23,600 bases of DNA from an uncultured Victivallales bacterium (GCA_964651145.1 CAZYVR010000044.1:1-23600); one strand, 5' to 3'. Numbered from the stretch's first letter, positions 8,934-17,079 are shown. The notes: a model not told the origin generated them from the letters alone. Made by a program: numbers and translations.

Positions 8934-9679
8934 AATTCTTCGATGCAAATGTTCTTTGGGGAAACTGGCAGTTTCAGGGAGTATTCATGCAACCTCCTGA
9001 AAAGCTCGAAAGCGCCTTAACTATAAGAAACATAAATCGCGCTCTCATCAGAATGCCTGATGCCGCAGTATGTCCTGATATTGAAAAATGCAACTCAATG
9101 CTTTTTGAAGCATTCAATAAAAATAAACAATTAATTCCAGTACCGACAATTAATCCGAAACAAGCAGACTGGCAAATACAGATAGAAAAATTTAAATCAC
9201 CCTTCGTTAATCTTTATCCTGGATATCATGGATATAGTCTCCAAAGTAAAGAAGCCTGTGAACTTGCAGAGGTGATTTGCGCCAAAGGTAAAACAATACT
9301 AATAACAATTCGCCTGGAAGATCCAAGGGCATCAAACCAGTATTGCCGTTTCCCGGAAGTCCCTGTTGAAGATGTGAAAAATTTCATTGAAAAATTTCCA
9401 ATGTTGAAAGTAATTGCTCTTAACATTTCTTTTGCAGAAATGAAAAAATTAGCCCAGTATAAATATAAGAATTTTTATATGGATATCGCATACGCTGAAA
9501 TTCTCAACACATTGGAACGCATCATTAGTCTTATTCCCCATGAACAAGTTCTTTTCGGTTCAAATACTCCTCTTTTTTATACTGAAGCCGCAAGTGCCAA
9601 GATTACAAAATCAGTTTGTAGAGAAGAAGTTAAAGAAAATATAGCTTATAATAATTTATCCAGAATTATAACATTATAA
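8930..9679 (+). CDS. Degenerate amidohydrolase-2 paralog (metal ligands replaced; probable pseudoenzyme), translationally coupled to the upstream amidohydrolase
   Basis: ATGA start/stop overlap at 8930-8933. Segment-wise similarity to the upstream protein: FPMLKVIALNISFAE~FPNVKIIMAHLAG, KNFYMDIAY~ENIYIDTSG, EQVLFGSNTPLFY~ERIIYGSDAPY. The metal ligands are changed: HxH->FDAN, H->L/N, D->N. Confidence 0.6.
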   Translation: MKFFDANVLWGNWQFQGVFMQPPEKLESALTIRNINRALIRMPDAAVCPDIEKCNSMLFEAFNKNKQLIPVPTINPKQADWQIQIEKFKSPFVNLYPGYHGYSLQSKEACELAEVICAKGKTILITIRLEDPRASNQYCRFPEVPVEDVKNFIEKFPMLKVIALNISFAEMKKLAQYKYKNFYMDIAYAEILNTLERIISLIPHEQVLFGSNTPLFYTEAASAKITKSVCREEVKENIAYNNLSRIITL

Positions 9680-9762
9680 TTCGCCCAAAAACCTGGATAA
9701 TTGAATAAGATGTAAAATTTCCTTAAATAAGACTAAATCGATGCAGCAAAGAAAGGAGATAT

Positions 9763-10278
9763 TCACCTTTCTTTTCTTCGGGGAATCTCCAATTTTGTAA
9801 TTCCCCAATGTTTATTCTCTTTTTTTCCTAGGAAAATACATTTTATTTTGAAAAATTTTTCTTTGCAATAAATGAAGCTACCCTTTATTTCATTGTCTTT
9901 TAATTTTTCCCATTTCAAATCTTTTATATCTTTTAATTGGGCTAAGGACTCTCCTCTTTTCATGATATTTATACCTATGGGTAAAAGAGGAGTATTTCCC
10001 GCCAAAGAGTCAATTTCATATTCTTTACGATCTTGGGGACTCATCCCTAAGATAAAAGAAGAGAGATTGTGGTCTCCCAATTCTGATTTTAAGTATTTCA
10101 GAATATTTGGCCTGAGTTATGATTCCATTTTTTTTGCCACTTCTTTTATTTTTTGAGGCGTCGCGGAAAATTGAATGACTTTGGCTATAGCATCTTCTAT
10201 TTCCTTTTTTTCCACGGCAAATGAATTAAATTCTAGAAACAATAAAAATGAGAGACAAGCAATAAAACTCTTTTTCAT
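9763..10278 (-). pseudogene. Small secreted protein gene interrupted by a single in-frame TAA (possible pseudogene, or two small ORFs)
   Basis: The ATG at 10278 is preceded by AAGGA and followed by a signal-peptide-like MKKSFIACLSFLLFLEFNSFA. A 53-codon ORF ends at TAA (10117-10119). The same frame continues for 118 more codons to a TGA at 9763-9765, with no RBS and only a TTG start. The region is AT-rich. Confidence 0.35.
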
Positions 10279-10492
10279 AATAAACATTCCTTTTAAATCT
10301 TGAGAGCTCCGAGTTCTTTGCTGTCAAAAGCCGATCTCTTTGTCTGTTAACTTAGCCAATTCCAATGAATAATCAATCGGCACCGGAGCCAGCACAAATA
10401 AATCTTTATATATAAAAGAATTATATTATTACACTTTTTTTTAAATATTAGCTAAGAAATCTAACCCCATATGTGGAAATGCAAGAGTTTTT

Positions 10493-10582
10493 TGCGCTGT
10501 CGCGGCAACTAGATTCAGCTTGTTTTCGCTTCTCGTTGCAACAAGCTGCAAGCTTTTCAATATGTCGTCTGCGCTGTCGCGG
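10493..10582. repeat. 13-bp direct repeats TGCGCTGTCGCGG (x2) flanking a 9-bp-stem hairpin CAGCTTGTT..AACAAGCTG
   Basis: Direct repeats at 10493-10505 and 10570-10582. The hairpin stems are 10516-10524 and 10541-10549, followed by CAAGCTTTTCAA. This is non-coding sequence upstream of thiG. Confidence 0.5.
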
Positions 10583-10635
10583 AATTTTTATATGCCAATG
10601 GCTTTCGCCGTTGGCTACCAGCGATTCAACAGTTG

Positions 10636-10744
10636 GATGGCGTCCGAAAAAAGTCCGGCTTTTATTCCGGCTGCGCCGTTTTTTTTAGTTTTAAGACTTT
10701 TGGCGGAGCCATCTCGCTCAGCGACAGTCACGCTAAAAGTAGAG
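10636..10744. repeat. Copy B of the intergenic terminator-like repeat family
   Basis: See copy A. GATGGCGTCCG...AAGTCCGG..TTTTATTCCGG..GCCGTTTTTTTTAGTTTTAAGACTTTTGGCGGAGCCATCTCGC. The 3' half is also similar to copy C (15056-15108). Confidence 0.6.
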
Positions 10745-10815
10745 TTAGCCAGCGCAATGCGGGTTGAATTTTACCAGCCCAATGCTAAGTTTAAATTTTA
10801 ATTTTTCAACATTTT

Positions 10816-11601
10816 ATGGCAAGAACTATTATGAATAAACTAAAAATAGCAGGCTCTGAATTAAAAAGCAGGCTTTTTCTGGGCACTGGCAAATTTTCGT
10901 CGTCCAAAGCCTTGAAAAACGCCATTGAATCATCCGGAACTGAACTGGTGACGGTGGCTCTGAGACGCGTGGAGTTAAACAACGAACAAGATGAGATATT
11001 ATCGGCAATAGACCGCGCCAAAACGCAAATAATGCTGAATACCAGCGGTGCCAGAAATGCGGAAGAGGCTATCAGAATCGCCGATTTCGGGAAAGCGGGC
11101 GGATATAAATGGATAAAGCTGGAAATTCACCCGGATCCTAATTATTTGCTTCCAGACCCCATCGAAACACTCATTGCCGCAGAAAAGCTCGTCCAAAAAG
11201 GCTTCATCGTATTGCCGTATATAAACGCGGACCCCGTGTTGGCCAAAAGACTTGAAGACGTTGGTGTCCATGCGGTAATGCCGCTCGGAGCCCCCATAGG
11301 AAGCAACCGCGGCCTGGAAACAAAGGCCATGCTTAGAATAATAATAGAGCAGGCGACTGTGCCGATAGTTGTCGACGCCGGCCTAGGATTGCCGTCTCAC
11401 GCGGCGGAAGCAATAGAAATGGGAGCGGACGCCGTTCTTGTCAACACTGCAATAGCCGCGGCCGGGAATCCGGCTGAAATGGCAAAAGCTTTTGCAATGG
11501 CGGTGGAAGCAGCCGAGCTGGCAATAAAAGCCGGTCCAGCCGCAATATCAGCAAAAGCGTCAGCCACATCCCCCATGGGCATTTTTGACAATGCAGTTTA
11601 A
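10816..11601 (+). CDS. thiG: Thiazole synthase ThiG
   Basis: Near-colinear match to the ThiG hallmark blocks: [83 protein letters not shown] and [33 protein letters not shown]. The start could be 10816 or 10831. No obvious RBS. Confidence 0.85.
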   Translation: MARTIMNKLKIAGSELKSRLFLGTGKFSSSKALKNAIESSGTELVTVALRRVELNNEQDEILSAIDRAKTQIMLNTSGARNAEEAIRIADFGKAGGYKWIKLEIHPDPNYLLPDPIETLIAAEKLVQKGFIVLPYINADPVLAKRLEDVGVHAVMPLGAPIGSNRGLETKAMLRIIIEQATVPIVVDAGLGLPSHAAEAIEMGADAVLVNTAIAAAGNPAEMAKAFAMAVEAAELAIKAGPAAISAKASATSPMGIFDNAV

Positions 11602-11637
11602 CGGAAACTGACAAACGAGCCAGGAGAGAAATATTTC

Positions 11638-13023
11638 ATGAGTGGATACTATCAATTTCCAGAATCTTTTTTATGGGGCGCAGCCACATCGTCATATCAG
11701 GTTGAAGGGGCAGTCAAAGAAGGCGGACGCGGCCCTTCCATATGGGACACGTTCAGCCATTCGCCCGGCCGCACCGCAATGGATCAAAATGGAGACATAG
11801 CCGTCGACCAGTATCATCGCTACAAGGAAGATGTTCAACTGATGAAATGGCTGGGCTTGAAAGCATACAGGTTTTCAGTCTCATGGTCGCGGATTTTTCC
11901 AGATGGCTATGGAAAATTGAACGAGGAAGGCTTGAGCTATTACGAAAGACTGATAGACGAACTGCTTGCCAATGGGATAGAGCCCTGGCTGACTTTTTTC
12001 CATTGGGACCTCCCTCAAACACTGGAAGACCGCTTTGGAGGCTGGGAATCAAAGGAAACGGCAAAGTATTTCTCTGAATATGTTGCGGAAACCACAAAGC
12101 GCCTTTCAGACAAAGTCAGCAATTTTTTCACCATAAACGAATTTTATTGCTTCACTGACTCAGGCTATGTAGACTCTAAAATCTACCCTGGGCAAAATCT
12201 GGGAGGGCATTTTCCTCCCGGCAAAAGCCTGTCGGACAAAGGAAGAAATCAAGTGAGGCACAATGCCTTGCTGGCTCACGGAATGGCAGTGAATGCAATA
12301 CGCGCGAACGCAATAAAAACTCCGAATGTTGGCCTGGCCGAAAACTTTTCAACATGCGTGCCGGTCATAGAGACGGAAGAGCACATTGCCGCTGCAAAAA
12401 CAGCCTTCCGCGAGGAAAACCGTCACTTCCTGACCGCCTTCATGGAAGGAGCATACCCGGAATCATACCTGAAAGACGAAGGAGCCAATGCGCCTGAATT
12501 CACCGATGAAGAAATGAAGCTGATCGGCTCGCCGCTGGATTTTGTGGGAGCCAACATTTATGCGCCTACATATATTAAAGCCAACCCCGAAAGCCCTAAA
12601 GGATATTCAGTTATCCAACATCCTGAATGCTATCCGAAGATGGACATGAACTGGCTCTTCGTAGGCCCGCAAATAACTTATTGGGCTCCTCGAATGCTGA
12701 AAGAGATATGGAATGTCAAGGCCGTGTACGTGACAGAAAACGGCTGCGCCTGCAAAGACAGACTGACTGCAGAAAAAGAAATCAATGACACTGACCGCAT
12801 TTTCTATTTGCGCAACCACTTCATTTCAGCCCATCGGGCAGTAAGCGAAGGAATGCCTTTGAAAGGATATTTTGCGTGGAGCCTTCTTGACAACTTTGAA
12901 TGGGCCGAAGGCTACAGCAAACGTTTCGGGCTTGTCTATGTCAACTTTGAAACTCTTGAGCGCATCCCGAAACTCAGCGCGAAATTTTACAAAGAAGTGA
13001 TTGCCGCCAATTCCGTGCTCTGA
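11638..13023 (+). CDS. Glycoside hydrolase family 1 beta-glucosidase (6-phospho-beta-glucosidase-like)
   Basis: 461 aa. N-terminal FPESFLWGAATSSYQVEGA is the GH1 signature. The catalytic nucleophile lies in YVTENG. LLDNFEW is also a GH1 motif. AGGAGAG RBS. Only 36 bp separate it from thiG. Confidence 0.9.
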   Translation: MSGYYQFPESFLWGAATSSYQVEGAVKEGGRGPSIWDTFSHSPGRTAMDQNGDIAVDQYHRYKEDVQLMKWLGLKAYRFSVSWSRIFPDGYGKLNEEGLSYYERLIDELLANGIEPWLTFFHWDLPQTLEDRFGGWESKETAKYFSEYVAETTKRLSDKVSNFFTINEFYCFTDSGYVDSKIYPGQNLGGHFPPGKSLSDKGRNQVRHNALLAHGMAVNAIRANAIKTPNVGLAENFSTCVPVIETEEHIAAAKTAFREENRHFLTAFMEGAYPESYLKDEGANAPEFTDEEMKLIGSPLDFVGANIYAPTYIKANPESPKGYSVIQHPECYPKMDMNWLFVGPQITYWAPRMLKEIWNVKAVYVTENGCACKDRLTAEKEINDTDRIFYLRNHFISAHRAVSEGMPLKGYFAWSLLDNFEWAEGYSKRFGLVYVNFETLERIPKLSAKFYKEVIAANSVL

Positions 13024-13092
13024 CGAGCAATGCGATGGCTTCGGCGTCCAATGCGGTAATCCCTCAGTGAAGCTGGCGCAACTGGCAAGCTT

Positions 13093-13124
13093 AGCTTATT
13101 TCCCGCTTCGCTTTGAAATAAGCT
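13093..13124. other. Perfect 10-bp-stem hairpin AGCTTATTTC-N12-GAAATAAGCT in the GH1/NifU-like intergenic region
   Basis: Exact inverted repeat. There is no T-run after it, so it is not a canonical terminator. GC-rich near-palindromes containing GGCGCGCC lie nearby (13139-13153). Confidence 0.4.
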
Positions 13125-13289
13125 TCAGGCTGTCAATGCGCGCTGGCGCGCCAATCCCAAAAATGATACCTTATTTATTCCATAAGAATTAGACGCGCGC
13201 TGGAATTAATGATATATTCATGATTTTGCCGCTTTTATAAAAAGGAAATAATTTTTTTTAGATAAACAATGAAGGAAGGAAAACTCGTT

Positions 13290-13982
13290 ATGAAGTTTAC
13301 ATCTGAAGTGGAAGGCATGATATGCATTGCACAGGGGCCCAATAATGGGCCGTCCCCCATCCCTGAAGAGGGAAAATGGGTGCAGGCTAGAGAAATCAAG
13401 GATATCTCGGGATTGACTCACGGCGTCGGCTGGTGCGCCCCGCAACAGGGAGCATGCAAGCTTACCTTGAATGTCAAAGAAGGCATAATTGAAGAAGCTC
13501 TAGTGGAAACACTGGGCTGCACAGGGATGACTCATTCCGCCGCCATGGCCTCGGAAATACTTCCCGGCAAGACTATTCTTGAAGCCTTGAACACTGACTT
13601 GGTCTGCGATGCCATCAACGTGGCAATGAGGGAACTTTTTCTTCAAATAGCTTACGGCAGAACGCAAACAGCTTTTTCCGAAGGCGGACTTCCAATTGGA
13701 GCCGGACTTGAAGACCTGGGCAAAGGCCTGATGAGCGTGACCGGAACAATGTACGGAACAAAGGCCAAGGGCCCAAGATACCTGCAGGCTGCCGAAGGAT
13801 ATATTTGCGAGCTTGCGCTTGATGACAATGACGAAATCATCGGGTACAAATTTGTAAAGATGGGCATTATGATGGAGAACATCCAAAAAGGGATGGACGC
13901 GGGCGAAGCTCTCAAAAAGGCAACCGGAACATACGGACGCTTTGCCGACGCAGTAAAAACTGTAAATCCTAGACACCAGTAA
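13290..13982 (+). CDS. NifU/IscU-like Fe-S scaffold domain protein with a ~110-aa C-terminal extension
   Basis: GIIEEALVETLGCTGMTHSAAMASEILPGKTILEALN aligns to IscU [38 protein letters not shown]. All three scaffold Cys positions are kept (GACK, GCTGM, LVCDAI), but the CGD Asp and HCS His are not. The start is 13290 (RBS AAGGAAGGAAAA) or 13269. Confidence 0.65.
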   Translation: MKFTSEVEGMICIAQGPNNGPSPIPEEGKWVQAREIKDISGLTHGVGWCAPQQGACKLTLNVKEGIIEEALVETLGCTGMTHSAAMASEILPGKTILEALNTDLVCDAINVAMRELFLQIAYGRTQTAFSEGGLPIGAGLEDLGKGLMSVTGTMYGTKAKGPRYLQAAEGYICELALDDNDEIIGYKFVKMGIMMENIQKGMDAGEALKKATGTYGRFADAVKTVNPRHQ

Positions 13983-13999
13983 ATTAAGGAGCTCATCAT

Positions 14000-14995
14000 A
14001 TGTTATTTGAAAGTTATGAAAGACGGATAGATCAAATTCTCCCTTTGCTGAAAAAGCACGGGATTGATTCTGTGGAAGATGCTCAGGTCGTTTGCAAAGA
14101 CAAAGGTCTTGACATTTATACTTTGGTAAAAGAAATTCAGCCGATATGCTTTGAAGATGCATGCTGGTCATACATTGTCGGAGCTGCTGTGGCTATTAAA
14201 AAAGGCCAGACAGCCGCCACTGATATAGCCGAAACTATCGGTGAAGGATTGCAGGTTTTTTGCATTCCTGGCTCTGTCGCTGACGACAGAAAAGTCGGAA
14301 TCGGACATGGCAACCTGGCTTCCATGCTTCTCAAAGAAGAAACCAAATGCTTTGCGTTTCTGGCTGGACACGAATCCTTTGCCGCCGCAGAAGGCGCAAT
14401 CGGGCTTGCCAATTCCGCCAACAAGGCTAGAACAGAGCCGCTTCGCGTAATTCTCAACGGCCTGGGCAAAGACGCAGCTCAGATTATCGCCAGAATAAAC
14501 GGCTTCACCCATGTTCAGACTAAATTCGACTACTCCACTGGGGCTCTCGAAATTGTCAAAGAAACGCCATATTCAAAAGGCGACAGGGCGAAGGTCAAAT
14601 CTTATGGCGCAGACGATGTTCGCGAAGGCGTGGCTATTTTGACTTATGAAAAAGTCGATGTTTCCATCACTGGAAACTCCACCAATCCGACGCGCTTCCA
14701 GCATCCTGTTGCCGGCACATACAAGAAAGAATGCGTGCTTGCTGGCAGGAAATATTTCTCAGTGGCTTCTGGCGGCGGAACAGGAAGAACTCTTCATCCT
14801 GACAACATGGCTGCCGGCCCGGCCTCTTACGGGATGACTGACACAATGGGCAGGATGCACTCTGACGCTCAGTTTGCTGGTTCCTCTTCTGTCCCGGCGC
14901 ACGTCGAGATGATGGGCTTAATCGGCATGGGCAACAACCCGATGGTTGGAGCTTCTGTCGCTGTTTCAGTAGCTGTTGAAGGAGTTATGAAATAG
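14000..14995 (+). CDS. GGGtGRT-motif protein (uncharacterised conserved family)
   Basis: 331 aa. The literal motif VASGGGTGRTLHPDNMAAGP is present. I recall, but cannot verify, that 'GGGtGRT protein' is the annotation label of a family of unknown function. A strong RBS TAAGGAG lies 8 nt upstream. The gene is 17 bp after the NifU-like gene. Confidence 0.6.
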   Translation: MLFESYERRIDQILPLLKKHGIDSVEDAQVVCKDKGLDIYTLVKEIQPICFEDACWSYIVGAAVAIKKGQTAATDIAETIGEGLQVFCIPGSVADDRKVGIGHGNLASMLLKEETKCFAFLAGHESFAAAEGAIGLANSANKARTEPLRVILNGLGKDAAQIIARINGFTHVQTKFDYSTGALEIVKETPYSKGDRAKVKSYGADDVREGVAILTYEKVDVSITGNSTNPTRFQHPVAGTYKKECVLAGRKYFSVASGGGTGRTLHPDNMAAGPASYGMTDTMGRMHSDAQFAGSSSVPAHVEMMGLIGMGNNPMVGASVAVSVAVEGVMK

Positions 14996-15027
14996 TTCTC
15001 CGAAACAAGTTTTGGAGCTTTTATTTA

Positions 15028-15068
15028 GGGCGCGCCTTGTTCTTTTCAAGGCGCGCCCGTTTTTTTAT
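15028..15068 (+). terminator. Rho-independent terminator for the NifU-like/GGGtGRT operon
   Basis: 12-bp perfect GC-rich stem GGGCGCGCCTTG / CAAGGCGCGCCC with a 7-nt loop, followed by TTTTTTTATTTTT. Confidence 0.85.
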
Positions 15069-15108
15069 TTTTCAGACTTTCAGCGGCTCCATCGCATTGC
15101 GCATTTGC
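15056..15108. repeat. Copy C (3' core only) of the intergenic terminator-like repeat family
   Basis: CCCGTTTTTTTATTTTTCAGACTTTCAGCGGCTCCATCGCATTGCGC matches copy B 10675-10722 and copy A ~40-95. In this copy the upstream hairpin is replaced by the GGCGCGCC-stem terminator. Confidence 0.5.
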
Positions 15109-15147
15109 AATTATGGATTTTTTTTTTTTGCAAAAGGACTTTACTTT

Positions 15148-15188
15148 TACATGTATATAATGTACTATAGCTACATGTATATAATGTA
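15148..15188. promoter_or_regulatory. Two tandem copies (24-bp period) of the near-palindrome TACATGTATATAATGTA upstream of the GntR-type regulator; candidate operator/promoter
   Basis: Exact 17-mer at 15148-15164 and 15172-15188. Each has TACAT/ATGTA inverted arms and an embedded TATAAT. The same half-sites occur in the LacI-gene promoter (3202-3232). Confidence 0.5.
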
Positions 15189-15210
15189 TTAACCGCTCTT
15201 GGGGATTTTT

Positions 15211-16287
15211 ATGCAAGCGACTATGCCGGAATATATGAAGGTAAGGGCATACCTTTACAAGCTGATAATGAGTTCCGACAGAGAATCTCTCCAAATTCCT
15301 CCTGAGAACGAGCTGTGCCGCCTCTTTGATGTCAGTAGGGTTACTGTTCGCGGAGCAATCAAAGGTCTGGTCAAGGACAAATTTCTGATTCCGCGCCGTG
15401 GCCTCGGCACTTTTATAAACCCGGAAACACTCAATCGCAAAACGCTGCAAATGTCTACAATCGGGGTGACTAAAGGCTACGGGAATCATGTATCCAATAC
15501 ATATGACACAGGCATACTTGAAAGCATCATTCAAAGCGGATTGAATTTTGAGCCTGTGTATCTTCCTGATTCAGGCAAGCCGGATACTCTTTTAGAAATA
15601 ATTAGAAGCAGTTTAAGTGGGATCATATGGGAGAACTCGAGTGTCGATTCTTCTTTTGAAAGCTATATTGACGCTCTTTCAAAAAGTGGAATCCCTGCGC
15701 TTTTGGTGGAGGAGGAAAAGCCTCTGGGCGCAAATGATTATATACTTTCAACCCGCGTCCAAAGAGGACGAGTCATTGCTGATTACATGTATTCCAAAGG
15801 ACACAAGAGAGTTTTATTTATTCATAATGACGATTCTTATGACGCGCATTTCAACCCATCTTCGACCTACGGCGGTTATTGTCAGCGCATGACTGAATTA
15901 TGCGGCGATGAGTGGGGGGCTCTCGAAAATAACATTGTCTCAGCTCAAGACTTTAATCGCAAACTTAAAGCCATCAATTCATTTACAGCTGTTTATTCAG
16001 GCAACTATCTGGTTCCTTTTGCAACTGATGAGCTGGCTTCGGCAGGAATATCCGTGCCGGATGATTTGTCGTATCTTGTGTATGAGGAGTCAAGCCCTTT
16101 CTTCTTTAACGGCCTTCAACCTGACTTTATAGATAAAAAAGAGCCGCTTAAAAAAGCTGTCTTTGAATGGCTGAGTCTTAGAGTTTCTAAAGAGAGAAAA
16201 AAATCGGATATCTTTTGCAGAAATATCGAAGTAAAACCTGTTCCAGGCGAAACAGTAAAAGATTTGAATGGAGGGAAAAATGATTAA
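15211..16287 (+). CDS. GntR-family HTH regulator fused to a LacI/PBP-like sugar-binding domain
   Basis: The N-terminal [38 protein letters not shown] is a GntR winged-helix signature. The C-terminal ~270 aa resembles a periplasmic-binding-protein-type effector domain. An alternative TTG start is at 15199. Confidence 0.7.
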   Translation: MQATMPEYMKVRAYLYKLIMSSDRESLQIPPENELCRLFDVSRVTVRGAIKGLVKDKFLIPRRGLGTFINPETLNRKTLQMSTIGVTKGYGNHVSNTYDTGILESIIQSGLNFEPVYLPDSGKPDTLLEIIRSSLSGIIWENSSVDSSFESYIDALSKSGIPALLVEEEKPLGANDYILSTRVQRGRVIADYMYSKGHKRVLFIHNDDSYDAHFNPSSTYGGYCQRMTELCGDEWGALENNIVSAQDFNRKLKAINSFTAVYSGNYLVPFATDELASAGISVPDDLSYLVYEESSPFFFNGLQPDFIDKKEPLKKAVFEWLSLRVSKERKKSDIFCRNIEVKPVPGETVKDLNGGKND

Positions 16288-17029
16288 TAAAAATAAAAGA
16301 TGTTTTAAGAAATTTACACTCATTGAATTGCTCGTTGTAATTGCCATCATAGCAATCCTGGCGAGCATGCTGCTGCCCGCCTTAAACAAAGCGCGCGAGA
16401 CAGGAAAAAGAATCGCCTGTCAGTCAAATGAAAAGCAATTGGGGCTGGCGTTTCAGATGTATCTGGGTTCGTGGGATGGCTGGTGGTTTGATCCAACCTG
16501 CTCTGATGATGACTTAAAAAAATGGCCGAAAATTCTCATTGAGGAAGGATCCGTAAAACAAGGCAGGCATCCAGTTGACTTTGACCTGCATTGCCCTAGC
16601 CGCCTTTCCCCGGGGCCAGACCCTTACAATTGGGACACTCTTGAGCATGATAATTTTACTGATTACGCTTTGTGCGCCACCAATTACTGGTCAGGAGGAG
16701 GTTTAAAAGGCGTTCATTCTGATTACAGCGGATGCAAAGCCAATCAAATAAATAACCCATCTAATTTTATAGTCCTCACTGAACGTTGGGATAAAAATCC
16801 AAAGACAATCAACAGCACGCTGGTGCGTGATCGAAGATACTGGCCAGGCGGCGCCAATGACACCTTTCTCCATCCATGGATGCATGACAAAAGCAGCAAT
16901 TATTTGTTTGCTGACGGTCACGTGGAGTCTATTTTGGCAAAGCAATTGAGATTGGAAAGGTTTATGCTGGGAACGAATCAAGGATATTATGACGCTAATA
17001 AAGATTTTCAGCCAACTTGTCCATGGTAA
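16280..17029 (+). CDS. Prepilin-type N-terminal cleavage/methylation domain protein with C-terminal H-X9-DG (DUF1559-like) motif
   Basis: [26 protein letters not shown] is the class-III signal/methylation motif. The C-terminal [21 protein letters not shown] contains H-X9-DG. The GGAGGG RBS overlaps the last 8 bp of the GntR gene. Confidence 0.8.
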   Translation: MINKNKRCFKKFTLIELLVVIAIIAILASMLLPALNKARETGKRIACQSNEKQLGLAFQMYLGSWDGWWFDPTCSDDDLKKWPKILIEEGSVKQGRHPVDFDLHCPSRLSPGPDPYNWDTLEHDNFTDYALCATNYWSGGGLKGVHSDYSGCKANQINNPSNFIVLTERWDKNPKTINSTLVRDRRYWPGGANDTFLHPWMHDKSSNYLFADGHVESILAKQLRLERFMLGTNQGYYDANKDFQPTCPW

Positions 17030-17079
17030 ACAACTAAGATTATGCAAAATAACAATAACAGAACATCAGGAGTTTTTTT

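Noticed and set aside
9751-9779. GAAAGG-N9-CCTTTC hairpin plus T-rich tail as terminator of the amidohydrolase operon
   Set aside because: The stem is short (6 bp, AT-rich) and overlaps the stop codon of the minus-strand small ORF. It is a plausible but weak terminator, not strong enough to list as a feature.
10493-10582. Possible CRISPR array, suggested by the direct repeats
   Set aside because: There are only two 13-bp repeats with a structured spacer. The repeat length, copy number and absence of cas genes are all inconsistent with CRISPR.
10473-10801. Plus-strand ORFs of 71 and 93 aa in the repeat-rich region upstream of thiG
   Set aside because: They overlap hairpins, T-runs and repeat copy B. 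They have no RBS and odd composition, so they are more likely non-coding.
10440-10815. Possible TPP riboswitch (THI-box) in front of thiG
   Set aside because: I could not find the conserved CUGAGA or ACCUGAUCUGGAUAAUGCCAGCGUAGGGAA elements by eye. Only a vague GCCAGCGCAATGCGGG resemblance is present. This needs a covariance-model search before any claim.
13033-13052. GATGGCTTCGGCGTCC resembling the 5' end of the repeat family (GATGGCGTCCG)
   Set aside because: Only ~16 bp are similar and the rest of the unit is absent, so this may be a chance match.
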